This document shows positions 39,173 to 52,700 of a stretch of 64,000 nucleotides of DNA, piece by piece. Both the position numbers and the translations under genes were made by a program. The notes below the pieces were generated by a model, which saw nothing but the letters and a program-made list of their open reading frames with translations, did no database searches and was not told where the DNA came from. How positions within the stretch are numbered: the first letter of the stretch is position 1; each line of letters begins with the position of its first letter. Source of the stretch: Ptychomitrium polyphyllum (lineage: Eukaryota); assembly GCA_973851085.1 (NCBI GenBank), contig OZ316776.1, positions 12,896,001-12,960,000 of the forward strand, in the 5' to 3' direction.

Positions 39173-41210
39173 GGTTGCAAAACTGGTCAACTACCTGATC
39201 ACTGAACTAATAGTGCTCCCCGACTTACAGTCTGATTGTAGTTCCAGAAAAGCTGCAAAACATTCCTCCAAAGAAAAACCGAGGTCTTTGGAGGAATGCA
39301 GGCAGGCCAACCAAGGTGCAAAAACGGGATCGTTAGAAGACCGAAAGGAACCAAAGTTGCGCTGAAACTGAGATATTTTGGAGACAGGGGGAACCGAAAT
39401 GATTGTTGAAGCGCTTTAAGTTTGTGGCCCAAGGAATGTTCAGTGTAAGGTCCACAGGCACGAGGCTGATGAGGTGAGTGCAGTGACGGTGGAGAGGAAT
39501 GGGACGAGCGAATAATAGATGGGGCCCTGCGTGCAGATGGAGGGAGTTTAGTGGAGGGAAAAATGATAAGGTGTGTAACCGTGATGTTGGGGACATCTGG
39601 CAAGTACAACGTATGCGGATATGCTCTAAAGTACGAATACGTGTTCTCAGAGAATGGACGTTCGAGAACGGAGTACAGTAACTGCAGAAACAAATGTTTT
39701 GGGGAAGTTCATTGCAAGCGTCTTCATGCAGGAGACTTTGGGGGTGTTTGCATTGGAGGAGAGCTTTCTGTGTAGAGTTTTCAGCTTAGCTTTCTATGAT
39801 TTGGTCCAGAGACAGGCACTTCCAATTTCACGTTGATTGCAGATGTGGGACCTCACTTGTCGCAAATGCGCTTGAGCTTTGGCTTGAGGTCTTTCTTGTC
39901 GCTGGTGTTGGTAATATCGAAGTACGTGTAGAAATGAAGGTAAACAACTTGCAGGAACTCAGTAGGTGGTACACGGGGGCCATGCTCAACATGCACAGCA
40001 GCCCATGGGCTCGATGCTGACCCTTCTAAAGCGGTTTTAGAGTCATGGCAACAATTTGAACATTGTGAGATCCACTAACAGCATTTATCTCGCCAACTCG
40101 TGGTGCCTAATCTTTGAGTATACTTATTTACTGTTAAAATCCAACGAAGAAATCCATTGTTAGAAAAGAAATTTATATAACCCACCTAAAAGGTCACCAA
40201 GGGAAGAACCTATTGTTCCTTCCAAGGTTGTGAGGGGCAACATAACAGATAGGACCATTCGTAGGCCTTGAAAATAACACTTTTTTCCAAACCTTCTTTT
40301 TAACCTAAAATACCTTTACACATTAAGGACCCAAAATTAGCATATTTCTTTTAACTTTTGTATGACTCTTTTTCACTTGATTTTGCCATAATCGATCAAA
40401 GTCTCAATCCAAGTCTGCGACATCGACTCAATGATGTTTTGATTCAATCAGTCTTCATTATTGAAAGTCTAAGCAAAGACATGAAAGTCTTGGATGAGTC
40501 TTGGGAAGGCTTTAAAAAGACATGTTTTACGAGTACCCACTGAACGTTCTCAGGGGTCGTATAAAGAAAGTATTTCCGCATACACTCATACTCATGTACT
40601 CTGTACTTGATGACCTTGCGTCTGGCACTGATATTTACGGGGTCGGAGAGCTCACAGCCTCCTGTTCAGATTTGGGCACAAGTCACCTTTAGTACTTTCT
40701 AGGAATTGGATGGTCGAGGGGACTGAATGCTGAATAGAATATAGAAATATCTTTCTGGTCGAGACTCGTCAAGACTTGTTGACCGACTCTGATGCGGTGG
40801 TGCAGTAGTACCACTAGGGGCGAGCTCTGAAAAGAATGGGGCTTGGGAACTGCTTCACAACATGCTGCTGCCATGGTGTTCAGAGCATCCCGACAATCTT
40901 GTAAGTCCCACCCAAATTCCACCTTAGGTTAAGAGTGGGAACAAGGAGCATATGTCGTACAAGAGATTTCCCAAAATCATCGTTTTAAGTAGTTTGGTAC
41001 AAATGGAGATTCAAGTTCAAAATGAAGCAATCTTCACAGAAAATTTAAGTGAAGAAAGATGTTTTATTTTCATTGAAATAGAATTATTTTTTTTCACTGT
41101 GAATTCTTTGGCAAATTGTTAAAGTTTAAAGGCGTAGGATCGTAAATATGACTCTAGTTGCACATAAAGTCATGGAATAAAGGAATTCATGAGCATGAAG
41201 GTATTGGATT

Positions 41211-41281
41211 TATTTCTCTAGTTCTAAAAGATCTTTTGAAACCATTTATTTCTCTAGTTCTAAAAGATATTTTGAAACCAT
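41211..41281. repeat. 36-bp tandem duplication
   Basis: tatttctctagttctaaaagat(c/a)ttttgaaaccat occurs twice. Confidence 0.9.
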
Positions 41282-43852
41282 ATATTTCAAGAAACATATG
41301 GTAGAGTCTTTAAATGATATGATGAATGAAATACAAACAAAAAAATAAGAAAGAAGCTTTAAAATCATCAAAAACTTTCTCCTAGGAAATTTTTTAAGTG
41401 TTTAAGTTCTTGCATTTAACAAAAAGTGTATATGATCTACAAAAGATTCAATCCATGCATATTGCATTGTAAAAGCCAACCCACACATTTCTATTCTAGT
41501 GTGAATATGCATGTTGTGCTAAGAACTCTAACCCACACATTGCAAGTCCATTTCACATGTGTTCTAATTTCCTAGTCTAGTCGCTTAGCCTAATTTCATA
41601 GCCTGGTATCTATTTGATGTTCTAATGCATTAATAGAACTCTAAAATTCTACTCACTTTAGTCTATAGGAAGATTCAGAGGTAAAAACACAAGTTTAAAG
41701 TTTAAATGAAAGTTTGCAAAGTATTGAAGTCTTGCAGAGGTTGAAATCTACAAATGAGCACATCAATCAAAATGTCTTTAAAGCCTATTAAATAGTAGGT
41801 GAATTAGTACTTAACAATAGTAGCTACTGTAAGCATAATAAGTATTTCTTGGTTAATAAACTAATGCTTCAAGACTTAGTTTTGCAATTGTTGGCGCCTT
41901 TATAGAACACAAATCTAATTCATCATTTACTGTTAAATAGGGCAAACATCTTTTGAAACCAATAAAAGAGTTTAATAAGCATGGCTAAAAATTTTAGATC
42001 TTCTTTTTTAAAATGAGATGTGTTGCTTAATACCAAAGTAAACAAGCATGCTTTGAATATATTGAAAATAACTAGAAGCAAAGGAATAATTAGAAATGGA
42101 GCATGAAAAGATTAAAAAAAAAAAGTATTGAAGTTATAAATTAATTTATGTGCATGGCTTGTGTTCTAAATATATGATTTTAAACCAAATATCTAAATTC
42201 CCTTCTTAAAAAGTATATAATTTGAGTGAATTGTTACAATTCCATTATACAATAGTTATTTTTTTTAACTTCAAAGACCATGCATGTGTTTTGGAATAAT
42301 ATTTTATGAAGAATGGTATTTTGGTGATATTTAGAAGCCTTCTATTTTTTACATGAAGTTAAAACTTTGATTAAACCATAATATGATGAGATAATTTGTT
42401 TTAATGGCTTCTATTGAAATTCATTAAAAGTTTACTAAAATCTTCCAAAATGAAAATTTTAAATAAAAATAAAAACATTCTAATATAAAGTAAAGTTGGA
42501 AATTTCTAATTATATTTGTATAAAGTAAAATATCCACATATTATTGTATTTATATAGATTTCAAAATTAAAAAATTATTATTATTTATAATATTAAAAAA
42601 TATATATATGTTGACAAAAAAAATCATGTGATAAATTATTATAGAAGACTTTATAATTTCTAATTTTTTAAAAAAGATAGTCTATTATAGAAGCATCTTA
42701 TAATAAGAGATAAATACAAATTTCTTAGTTATAAACTATTGCTGCCAAAATATTCCATGAGCTTTGGAAACTTGCACTTAAAATATTCTATATTCCATTC
42801 CTTGTGCATCCTATAACTCACATGTATATTTAAGAAAGTGCACAATGATATTATATCTTTGTTTAATGCAACTTCATATTGACCAACATGTCTTATATTA
42901 AACATGTTTATATTAATTTATTCCAAATGGCTAAGTAGATATCCAAAGTAATTATTATTAGGTATAAATTTCTTTGTCACCTTTAGTATACATTAAAATA
43001 ACATAAAATTCTAATGTTGTAAATGGACTTTAGGTACTTCAAATTAAATTTTATAAACAAACCATGATGGTGGTCACCAATTGTACTATTCATATAGTGC
43101 ATTTTTTTCTTTTTAATTCATGCTATAGCTTCTTCATTTTGCAAGGTGGTCCAATTTTGATAAGTTCCCAATCTGTAATTTTTATGCAACTAAGGAAATA
43201 TTCAGCCAATAACAATAAAGATATTGACTATATCTAATCACATATGGCATGATTGATATATAAAGTGATAAAAAAAGAAGCAAAGTTTAAATTATTATTA
43301 CTCCAATTTTACATTAAAAAGTTGAACATTTTTTGTTACCAAATTGCATGAATAAAATAAAGTTCAAGACTTGTTGCTAAGGTTTCAATTTTAAAGGGCA
43401 ACTTAAAAACACCATATTCACTATCATCAAAAATTCCAAAATCCCAAATGTTAACATTGTACACTAATTATGTAAGAGCCACAAAATTCCAAAATCGTTG
43501 TTTTGTTGCATGATAGTGAATGTGGTGATTAAACAACTTTAAACTCGACCAATTGTGCAAGTATAGGCTGTAACTATTTGAACAACTAATGTACATAGTT
43601 CATTAGACACTTCTATTTACAAGTTTTTGAATGTTTTTGAAAAGAATAACATGTTCGGCATAGGCTCCAAACCACTAACATTTAAATCAATCAAGGATTC
43701 ACCCAAATCTTTAAACTTGTTGGTGTCGTAAAAATTCCTAGATTTTGAAACAACAAGTGCACACTAAAAAGCAACAAAGGCATCACAATCCATATCATGA
43801 GATAATTCATCACCATTATCAAAGGAGTCCTCTTTGGTACTTTCATGAGCTT

Positions 43853-43900
43853 CTAGAGCATTGGACTTGGACTAGAGCATTGGACTTGGACTAGAGCATT
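43853..43900. repeat. 19-bp tandem repeat, 2.5 copies
   Basis: Unit ctagagcattggacttgga. Confidence 0.9.
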
Positions 43901-46645
43901 AGACATGATCCATAATAGGAGAGTGTAAAAGAAAGAAAAACATGAAGAAAAAAAAAGAGAAAAAAACGAAGTTATCCAAATGCTGTAATGCTGTAAGAGC
44001 ACTACAAGAGACACAAACACAGAAGCATCATAGCAGTGGAACCTAGCTTCCAGAAAGTTAAAAACCAAAACTTAGCTCAAAACTGCACTAACACCGTTGT
44101 TGTGGTAAGACACGTGTCGCTGCGAGGGCAACAACCACTGCAAAAACCCCATCAACGCTGGAGTGGTAGTTAGAGAGATTGAGGGCCCAAGGCGCTAATT
44201 GTAGATATATGTCCCACTCACAGAATATTTCTATCAGACCTTCTGAAATTGAAAAGTGTAATTTGTAGTGCTGGATGGAATTTGGTAATATCTCCTATTT
44301 AACATTTTTGAAAAAACACGGGGTGAAATGTTTTTAAGAAAAAAAACTCATTCTCGAAGACGTTCTTACTTAAATAATATTCCTACTAATTCCTAAATTT
44401 GGTTGCTTCACTTTGAGTTTTGGATATTATATAGTTGATTGGAAAAAAACCTAATGATTGTATGAATCTGTTTTATTTTTGAAAGCTATAGTACATTGAT
44501 AGGTTTCATATTTTCTCTAAATATGAGCCTCATATTTAACATTCATAAGTGATTGAGGTGGATTAATTCAAGGCCACAATATCATAACCATGAATTTAGT
44601 CAATTAAGCTTTGTTGTTATTGATAAATCATATCTTTTTCATTGAGTTATACACACAAAGAAATAAGAATTTTAAGGCACTTTGAAATGTAATCTTAGAT
44701 ATCATGTAAAAAGATAACCATATAAAACCAAAGATCTTGGAACTTAAATCTTCATTCCATGGTTAGTAACGCACTTGTTAAAGAATGTTATATAATATTC
44801 TTAAACATACATTATTTATAAATATATCACTTTATTATTAAATCAAATTCATAAAAGCATCAAAGACATGCATGTACTCCAACTCAAGGTTTTTTAAAAT
44901 CGTTAAAACCAATATTTATTATTTATTTTTAAACAAGATTTTCTTTGCAAATTTAGATTTTTTCAATTTAGTAGTATGTAAGCTATAATAGTGCTAAAAG
45001 CACTTAGGATATAGACTGTAGATCATATGAATTTTTAGCTTGAAAGATGTATGCAAATTTTTTACTCTTTCATTCTTATGGTGCCAAAATTTTAGATTTT
45101 GTATTGTGTTGTTTTGAATCAACTAAAATTAAACTGTGTTGTTTTGAAAAGTAACGGTTCTAAATATTCATTAATAAGTGGCATTTTAATAGAATGTTGC
45201 GTTATATCAAGTTTGACAGCTTTTAAAAATTTATGCAACATTTTCTATAAAAAATGTTGTCCTGTAATAAAAAGAATTTTCAATTTATATAAAATATCAA
45301 TTAAAATTTTAATTAGTACTCAAGATAAACTAGAAAGATAATAACACATCAAATTTTTTGAAAGCATGAGTTTTACTTCACTAACATATTGAAAAGTGAA
45401 AATTAAAATATAAACAAAAATAAATACTTGTAACAACATGCATATTCATGTAATAATAAAGATTAATGATTTGGAACAAAGATTTGAATTATAGAGTGCT
45501 AGATTTATAAAGAGACACCTTTTATTATAGAATTATGGTTTTGAATTTGAGAACTACAAAGATTTTGGTTAATGGTGATATTCAAAATTTGAAACCATAA
45601 TTCCATTGAGATGAAGATGTGTTTCCGAAATTTATTAAAAAATCCAATTCTGATAAAATAATGCATGGCCTTTAATATTTGATTGAAGACATTCTAATAA
45701 AATTCTATGTTTAATAAAGAATTGTATATCTTTAGAAGGTGGTGTTTAAGGAATGAAGGCAAGATGCATCTAAAATGAAAATAAGTTTTTTTTAATAAAA
45801 AATTGTACTTTATGTATTTGCTAATCAGAAACATGTGGAAGAATTTTTCTTTTAACAAAAAAACTTTCCAAAGACACACCAACATCTTTTTCATTTAAAA
45901 TCTTCCTTCTTTTCTTTCTTGTTTGATGCACTCCAAAATGTGAGTTTCATATATTTTTATAGATAGGCAATACTCCCTCTTTAAGATAAGTACATCATTC
46001 ATGGACATACCAAAATAGATCGAGAATGGTCATCTAACAAACCCAAATCGAATTGAACAAGGAGCATATTCAAAGTCTAAGCAAAGACATAAATATAAAA
46101 TTAGCAGCATTGAAAATTAGTGATGTTCTCCTCAGCTTCATCTCCTGTTACAACATCATACTTCATTATTATTCTTTGTGTTTTTGGTTTTCATTCACTT
46201 GACAAAGCTTTAGGATTCATTTCGCCGTGTGTGTGAATGATTTACTACAAGAAATTTCTTTGGATATCGAAACACCAGCTTATAGTATCAATCCTACATG
46301 CGCATATCTGACTACATAATGCATAGCTTTAAGGCACATGCAGCAGGCTTATCTTGGGAAAAAGCAGTGCGATCCAAGTGTCTTGGTTGCAGTCTTTTCA
46401 CATGCCATCTGTTGGCCGATTTAGCTTCCAACTCACATCTTCTTCATTCTTTCTCTGTGCCAACCCCCACGCTTCCTGATAAGTTCAGAGCAATAAGTTA
46501 CAACTAGATACAGCGTCTCAACCTAGTTTGTGCACAATCCTCTGCTCTTTGTACCCTGAGTTCTGACACAGTTTATGATCTGTAAGTTTTAGGTTGTGCT
46601 TAATTTGGTTAAGTTACTGGAAGTTCTGATCTATTTGTCGTCAAG

Positions 46646-47135
46646 ATGATGAAGCACATGGCTGCCGATGCCAAGGAGAAGGTTGGCAACATGACCGCGA
46701 AGGTTGAGGAGAAGATGGACAAAACCAAGGCCTCTGCCACTGAGAAGGTAATATCAGAATTGCCGCTGTGAACTGGTCATTAATTTCCGTTAGAAGAAGA
46801 CTTGTGGTGTCTAATACCATCGAGGAATATTTTTTGTGTTGCAGAGTGACAAGGCCATGGCGCACGACAAGGCTGGAAAGCTGGAAGCCAAGGAGAGGAA
46901 GCACGAACGTGAAGCGGAGGCAGAGCACATCAAAGACCAGAAACAGGTCAATAATGCACATGAGGTGGGCCAAGCCAAGGAAGACATCAAGGAACAGAAG
47001 GCAGCCTCCAAGGACGCTCATGGCCAGCCCTCCTTAACCGGTTCTAATCCAATGACCAACGAGGGGCTCGCTCAGCAAGGCCAAGGAGCTGGGTTTAGCC
47101 AGGCTATGGGACCCGGGGCGGCAACACCTATGTAG
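46646..47135 (+). CDS. Late embryogenesis abundant protein, LEA_1 (group 4) family. Exons 46646-46747, 46845-47135
   Basis: AKEKVGNMTAKVEEKMDKTKASATEK|SDKAMAHDKAGKLEAKERKHEREAEAE matches the LEA_1 N-terminal helix. Gly/Gln-rich tail. GT-AG intron in frame. Confidence 0.9.
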
Positions 47136-48811
47136 GCACCAGGGTGTTAAGAGATTCATGACGATTAAATTTTGTGAGGTTCAGTAGTCGTAGTCTACTG
47201 TACTATGTGTATGTTTATGTCGTTGTTGTGCTTAGTTGTGCTTGGGTTGCATACCGGAGCAACTCTGTAAATTGTAAGTGCCGGTTTGCGTCGGAGTATT
47301 CTAAAATTTTAATTCTCTGAATATTCATACATTTGAGAGAATATAATTTTTTTCCCATTCTGATATGCATCTCATGCTGACGATGAATGAAGCAGTGCTA
47401 AGCTGTCAATTGGGTTACAAATGGTAAATCCAGAGGCGGAATGGAACTTGAGACGTAAAGGAATTTTACCTACAGATAATGCTATTGCTTCCTCTGCCGC
47501 TTTAAAACACAACAATAAGGAATCTATTTCTTGAACGTGCTGTAAGTGTTTCTGTAAGTTCATGTCTTAGTACCAAGAAATGGCAACAGAGAATATTAAG
47601 GATGTTCCAATGCACACTATCACCAAAGAAATTACGAAACATGACCTACTTCAAGTAAATTGTACAGTCTCAAGAGTTGTGTGTAGTATTACTGATGAAT
47701 CTAGTATGTCTGGCTAGCAAATGGATTGAGTGCTTCTGGTGTTCAATGCTGTTACGCTCATTTCACATGACAGCACTTGGTTTGTTTGCTTGCCGCAAGT
47801 GATAGAAGTTGAGAAGGAAGGGGCCATTGTAAGGGTAATTGTCAATGTGGATGGGGGCTAAGTTAAATTCCCTTGCGGACAGAGCAGATGATGTGCCATG
47901 ACACGTAATCCATTGGATGTGCATCCTACCTGCGTGGATTTACTATCCTATAGAAACCCTTCTTCTGGCAAGATACCCTATGAAATTATTGCAGTTGAAA
48001 ATCAGCACTATGATTAGTGACGCATGCTGATTTACAAGGAAAAAAAGGCAAAATAAAACCGAACAACTTTGGTAGATGGTTTGGAAGAGCTCTTCCGAGG
48101 ATGTTACCGTAGAAGGTGCGGAACTTGGAAGTTTTGGCGGGTGAGCTTCACAAAGCTTAGGGTGCTGCTGTTACCTGTGTGTGCTATCTGTTGAGCAATA
48201 CAGAGGAACTTCCGTTGCTGTTCTGTTTTCCCTCTGCCTTGTCCCTTCTCGCTATAATTCGTATCCAGAAATGAAGAGGTAGAGAGGGCAGCTGTTCCGT
48301 GTGAACGGCCATACTCTCCCTGGCACAAGTTATTAATCTTCTCACACGAGTTTGCTGCACATTTTCGGTGGCTCCCAAGTTGATGCTGCGCTGGCTGTGT
48401 ATACGGGCTCGGTGCAGGTATGCATCTTTTGAGGGGTCTGGAAGAGTTGGACTGGAGTCGATTGCAGTTAATATTTGTTTTGCTTTTTGAGCAGTGTTGT
48501 TGTGTTGGTTTTGTTGAGCTTATGTTATTTTGGACTACGCTGTGTTGGTTTTTGTGAGGTTTTCAGCGCCTTGAAGCTGTCACACTGCACCCTTAGCAAA
48601 AAGATCACAGTTTGACTTTCCCACTTCTGCATTTTCGCTGCGTTTGAAGCTTCGTCGTACCTTGCATTTCCTAGTTGACAACTTATTACAGAAGTTTAAT
48701 AGGCCATTTGATCATATTGTGACTAAAATTTATTAAAGAAACAATTTTGAGTAGATAATGACATGCAGTTGATATCTCAGTTGACAAACCCAATTGAAAT
48801 CTCACATGCTG

Positions 48812-48906
48812 AAGAATGAAAATCTGTCCTTCCCTTGCTTTTTTGTGAAACTCCATGAAAGAACACATTCACAAAAAAGCAACGGAAGGACAGATTTTTC
48901 ATTCTT
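48812..48906. repeat. Near-perfect inverted repeat (38/39-bp arms, 18-nt loop)
   Basis: 48812-48849 pairs with 48868-48906 with one mismatch and one 1-nt bulge. Confidence 0.9.
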
Positions 48907-49705
48907 ACACACATCATTGTATATATTCTATGATGTCAACCAACATTTAAAGGAAACGTAAGTTTTAGATATTTTAAGACTTTAAGAAAGATTGTTGAAT
49001 TATTTATTAAGAAAAAAAAGAAGGAATTTGTAGCAACAAGTGGATCTTTTTAAATTTTGATATCCAAAAAAAAGTGTATAATTAGGAAGTGAATATTGGT
49101 TATTGATTTTTTCTACAACATTTAAAATTTGGATGGTATTGGTAAATTGAAAATCATAACATATGATCTTTATGATTCATTTTCATACATACACTATTAT
49201 ATAAAATGGATATTTATTATCACTGTATATATTGAAATTAATTAATGAACAATTTTTGAAGTGTAAATGGTTGTAGAAGTCTTTTGAAGTTCATTCTTGA
49301 TTCCTATTGTTTTTTACATCAAGTAGAAGTGTTGCAATTGACTAATTAATAAAGCAAAGATTAATAGTTTCTTGAATCATTTGTATTAATATATTACATT
49401 AATCACTATGTTTTCATTTCATTTTCTTTGTTATCCAAACCTATTTTTAAAACTATAAAAAAGACATATATTTCAACTCATGTAAATATAAATTTTGAAT
49501 GATTTTGATAACATAGGTATATAAAGATAGAATTAATTTATAATTCATAGAAACTTCAAATTTTGAATTAAGAATTAAATACATTTTTTATGTGATCATT
49601 ACTTTTTATATTTCTTATTATGTGATGTTGATGATGTAGGTTTATCTAAAATTCTATTTTAAACATATAAAGCAACTAAACTTGGCAAAGTCTTTAAACT
49701 TGAAG

Positions 49706-52700
49706 ATGGGAAAAAGAAAGGTAGATTGTGTTATAGATGAAGAATTTGATGGAAATGATAGACATCCAAAGACTAATAAAGGAAAAATTGGCAATGGAAA
49801 AATACATGTGAATGTTAAAGTTTTAGGAGAAAAGATTAAAGAAGAGAAAGAAAGAATGTTTTATCATGCTTTTGAAGTAGATGGAAATAACTATGAAATT
49901 GTAAGAACTTTATCTTAATATAAACTTTGTAATCATTAAATAAAAGATTTCAAGAAATTCATATGAAGTTTGATTTAAAATAAATGAATATATATTATAT
50001 TAAGTTAAATCATCAAAATTTTAATGAGATGGATTTTAGAAAATTATAATGTTTTCAAGGGCTAGATTTAGAAAAATGAATGGTAATATTGTATTTAAAA
50101 GAGAAAAAAGCATGTACATCTCATGATATTGAAGGTTACCATCATTGTAATTTATTATGTTTTGCAATTGTTGTTGTTCAATTATACATTCTCTAAATAA
50201 ATAAAAAAGTTATCTAATTTTGATGAAAGAAATTAAAACTAAAACTTGTAATTTGTGGTAGGATGATATTGTTCTTGTCATGGCTAAGGCAACAAATCAA
50301 AAACCTCATGTAGCAATCATTAAGGTATTGAACAAAAAAAGTCTCATTAATTGATCATCAAGATTTTACATAAGATAATGTAAGATTTAAATGGTCTTAC
50401 TACATCTTTGATGTAACATGTTTTATCCAACAAAATTAATGTTAAACATGTCATTCATACGATCCACACATGTCAAATGTACTCACATCGAATACATCTT
50501 TCAAAACTGGTCATAAAGTGATTTCGATGAAGCAAAACATATGTATGTGTGGCTTGCAATATTTTGCAGAAAATTATGCAAGCAAAAGATGGAACAATAC
50601 AAATTGAAGGCCAATGGTTTTACAGGCCTGAAGAGGCTGAAAAGAAAGGCGGAGGTACATGGACATCATCAGATTCAAGGGAACTTTTCTACAGCTTCCA
50701 CATTGATGAAGTTCCGGCAGAATCCATCGTCCACAAATGTCAAGTTCATTTTGTTCCTCTAAACAAGCAACTACCTAACAGGCACAAATATCCAGGATTT
50801 ATTGTCCGCTGGGTATATGATGCCTGTGGAAAGAAACGTGTCAATATAAGTGATAAGAATCATGAAGATCCACTGCAACAAGAAGTTGATTTCCTTGTTC
50901 GAAAAACTAGTGACGCTCTTGGAGAGTTGCCTGAAGTAAACCAGGAGGAGAATACTGGCCATGTGGATGAAGATGTTGCTTTGAATCTAAAACATAAGAG
51001 AAAGGTTCCTGCGAGAAGGACACTTCCGCCACTACAGTTACCAAGTGAAGAGTGTAATATCAATGAATCCAAAATTCAAACACCTACATCAGGTAAAAAG
51101 CTTGATTATGCGAAAGTCGAAACTCCCACAAGTGTTGTGGGTACAGACTTAGAGATTTCTACCTTGTTAAAGAATCATGATGCGTTGTTGGGTGTCCATG
51201 CACGAGATCGTTGGTTGGAAAAGTTGATGCAAACGGTACGAAATCTTTGTGGAGGTGGCAAAGGATTCAACCTGGTTTGTGGCCATGGAGAAGATAAAGA
51301 TAAAGATGTTAGTGATGTTTGTAGAGGATATAATGCCGTGGAAGTTGAAGGAAACAAACAGTGCCTTGAAAAGCACAAAAAAATCCTGGTGTTTACCGTT
51401 TTCATTACATATCCTGAATTTAAATACTTATAAATTAGTATGTCGTTTCTTAATTTGAAATAAATTATTTTTTTTCAAATTTGAAACAAAAATAATCAAT
51501 GCTTGCAAGATTAAGACTTTATTTGCAAAAGTTATTAGAAATGTCCTTTGAAATTTCCCAATGAACTATATTGCTGAAATTCCAAAGTGTTTGATGAAAG
51601 TTATTTTTATAAAAGATTGTAAAAAAAAATGAATTAATTAAAACTGAAACCAAAAGATATAGTTCGAATACAATAATTGTTTACAGGATGAAGGTGTTTA
51701 TATTTCAAAACAGAAACCAACTTAATTTTGTCAGTTTTTCTTTTGAAATATTGCCATACTCTGCACTATAGTTCAACTTTAACCTGCTCATTGTTTCTTA
51801 CAATAAAAAGAACCATATTCTTCTTCTTAGTATCCTTTATTTTCAACCTTCAATTACTTTTGTTCTAATAACTATTAAATAAAAACTTTAAAGAGTTGGC
51901 TATTATGCTTAAAGTGTGAATCTTTTTTATTAAGAAGGTTAATTTTTGGTTTAAACTAAAAATTGCCTAAGCTCTTTAAGAATTGAAGTAGAATTTGCAT
52001 AATAAAAGTTATGCTTTTTTTTGAAAATGTATCTTAGTAAATCAAACCATATGATCACATAAACATTTTTCTAACAAAATAAATTATTAATCTTTGTGAG
52101 TTTTTTTTGAAATCAATCTTTGTTATAAACCATTCATAATGTTTTCTAATGCATAAAATTTTATTTTTATAGGGAGAAGGAGACCTTCTTTGGCCTAAGA
52201 ACGCTCTAACAGCTATTAAAGTTGTCAGTGCAATTGAAAAATTAACTCATAATTCTCTTGGAAGTGATTTACATAAATACAATCTCAAAATGCGTCAATT
52301 AGATTTCAACATTAAGGTACTTATTTCTAATTTTACTATTTATAGCAATCATACATTAACACCACATAGTGGAGTATTTTTGTCATATCTTTAACTTGTA
52401 TATGGTTGCAAAGAAAATGTTTAATCCAAGTCAAGTGATTACTTTTGAATACTTAAAATTTCCATACTTGCATTGGATTCTTCGATGTCCATCATCTTCT
52501 TGTTAAATTATACTGAACTACTTTTATTACGTTTTCAATTATTTAATCATAATAGAACCTTTTTGGTACTCTGTAGAACAATGTAGTATTGGCATGTCGA
52601 CTTTTAACCATGGAATTGGAACCTGCTACAGTGCTAAACATGTCGCCAGTTGAATTGAAGGTTTGGACATCCAATCAGAAAACTATTATTAAGAAAACTA

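Larger units (their letters stand above)
40950..46100. repeat. AT-rich tract, probably decayed transposon debris (class not established)
   Basis: Very AT-rich, no credible ORF or exon chain, contains short tandem duplications. Only weak Helitron-like hints. Confidence 0.4.

Noticed and set aside
44000..44148. CACTACAAGA and CACTGCAAAAA resembling CACTA termini
   Set aside because: No matching inverted terminus or 3-bp TSD was found.
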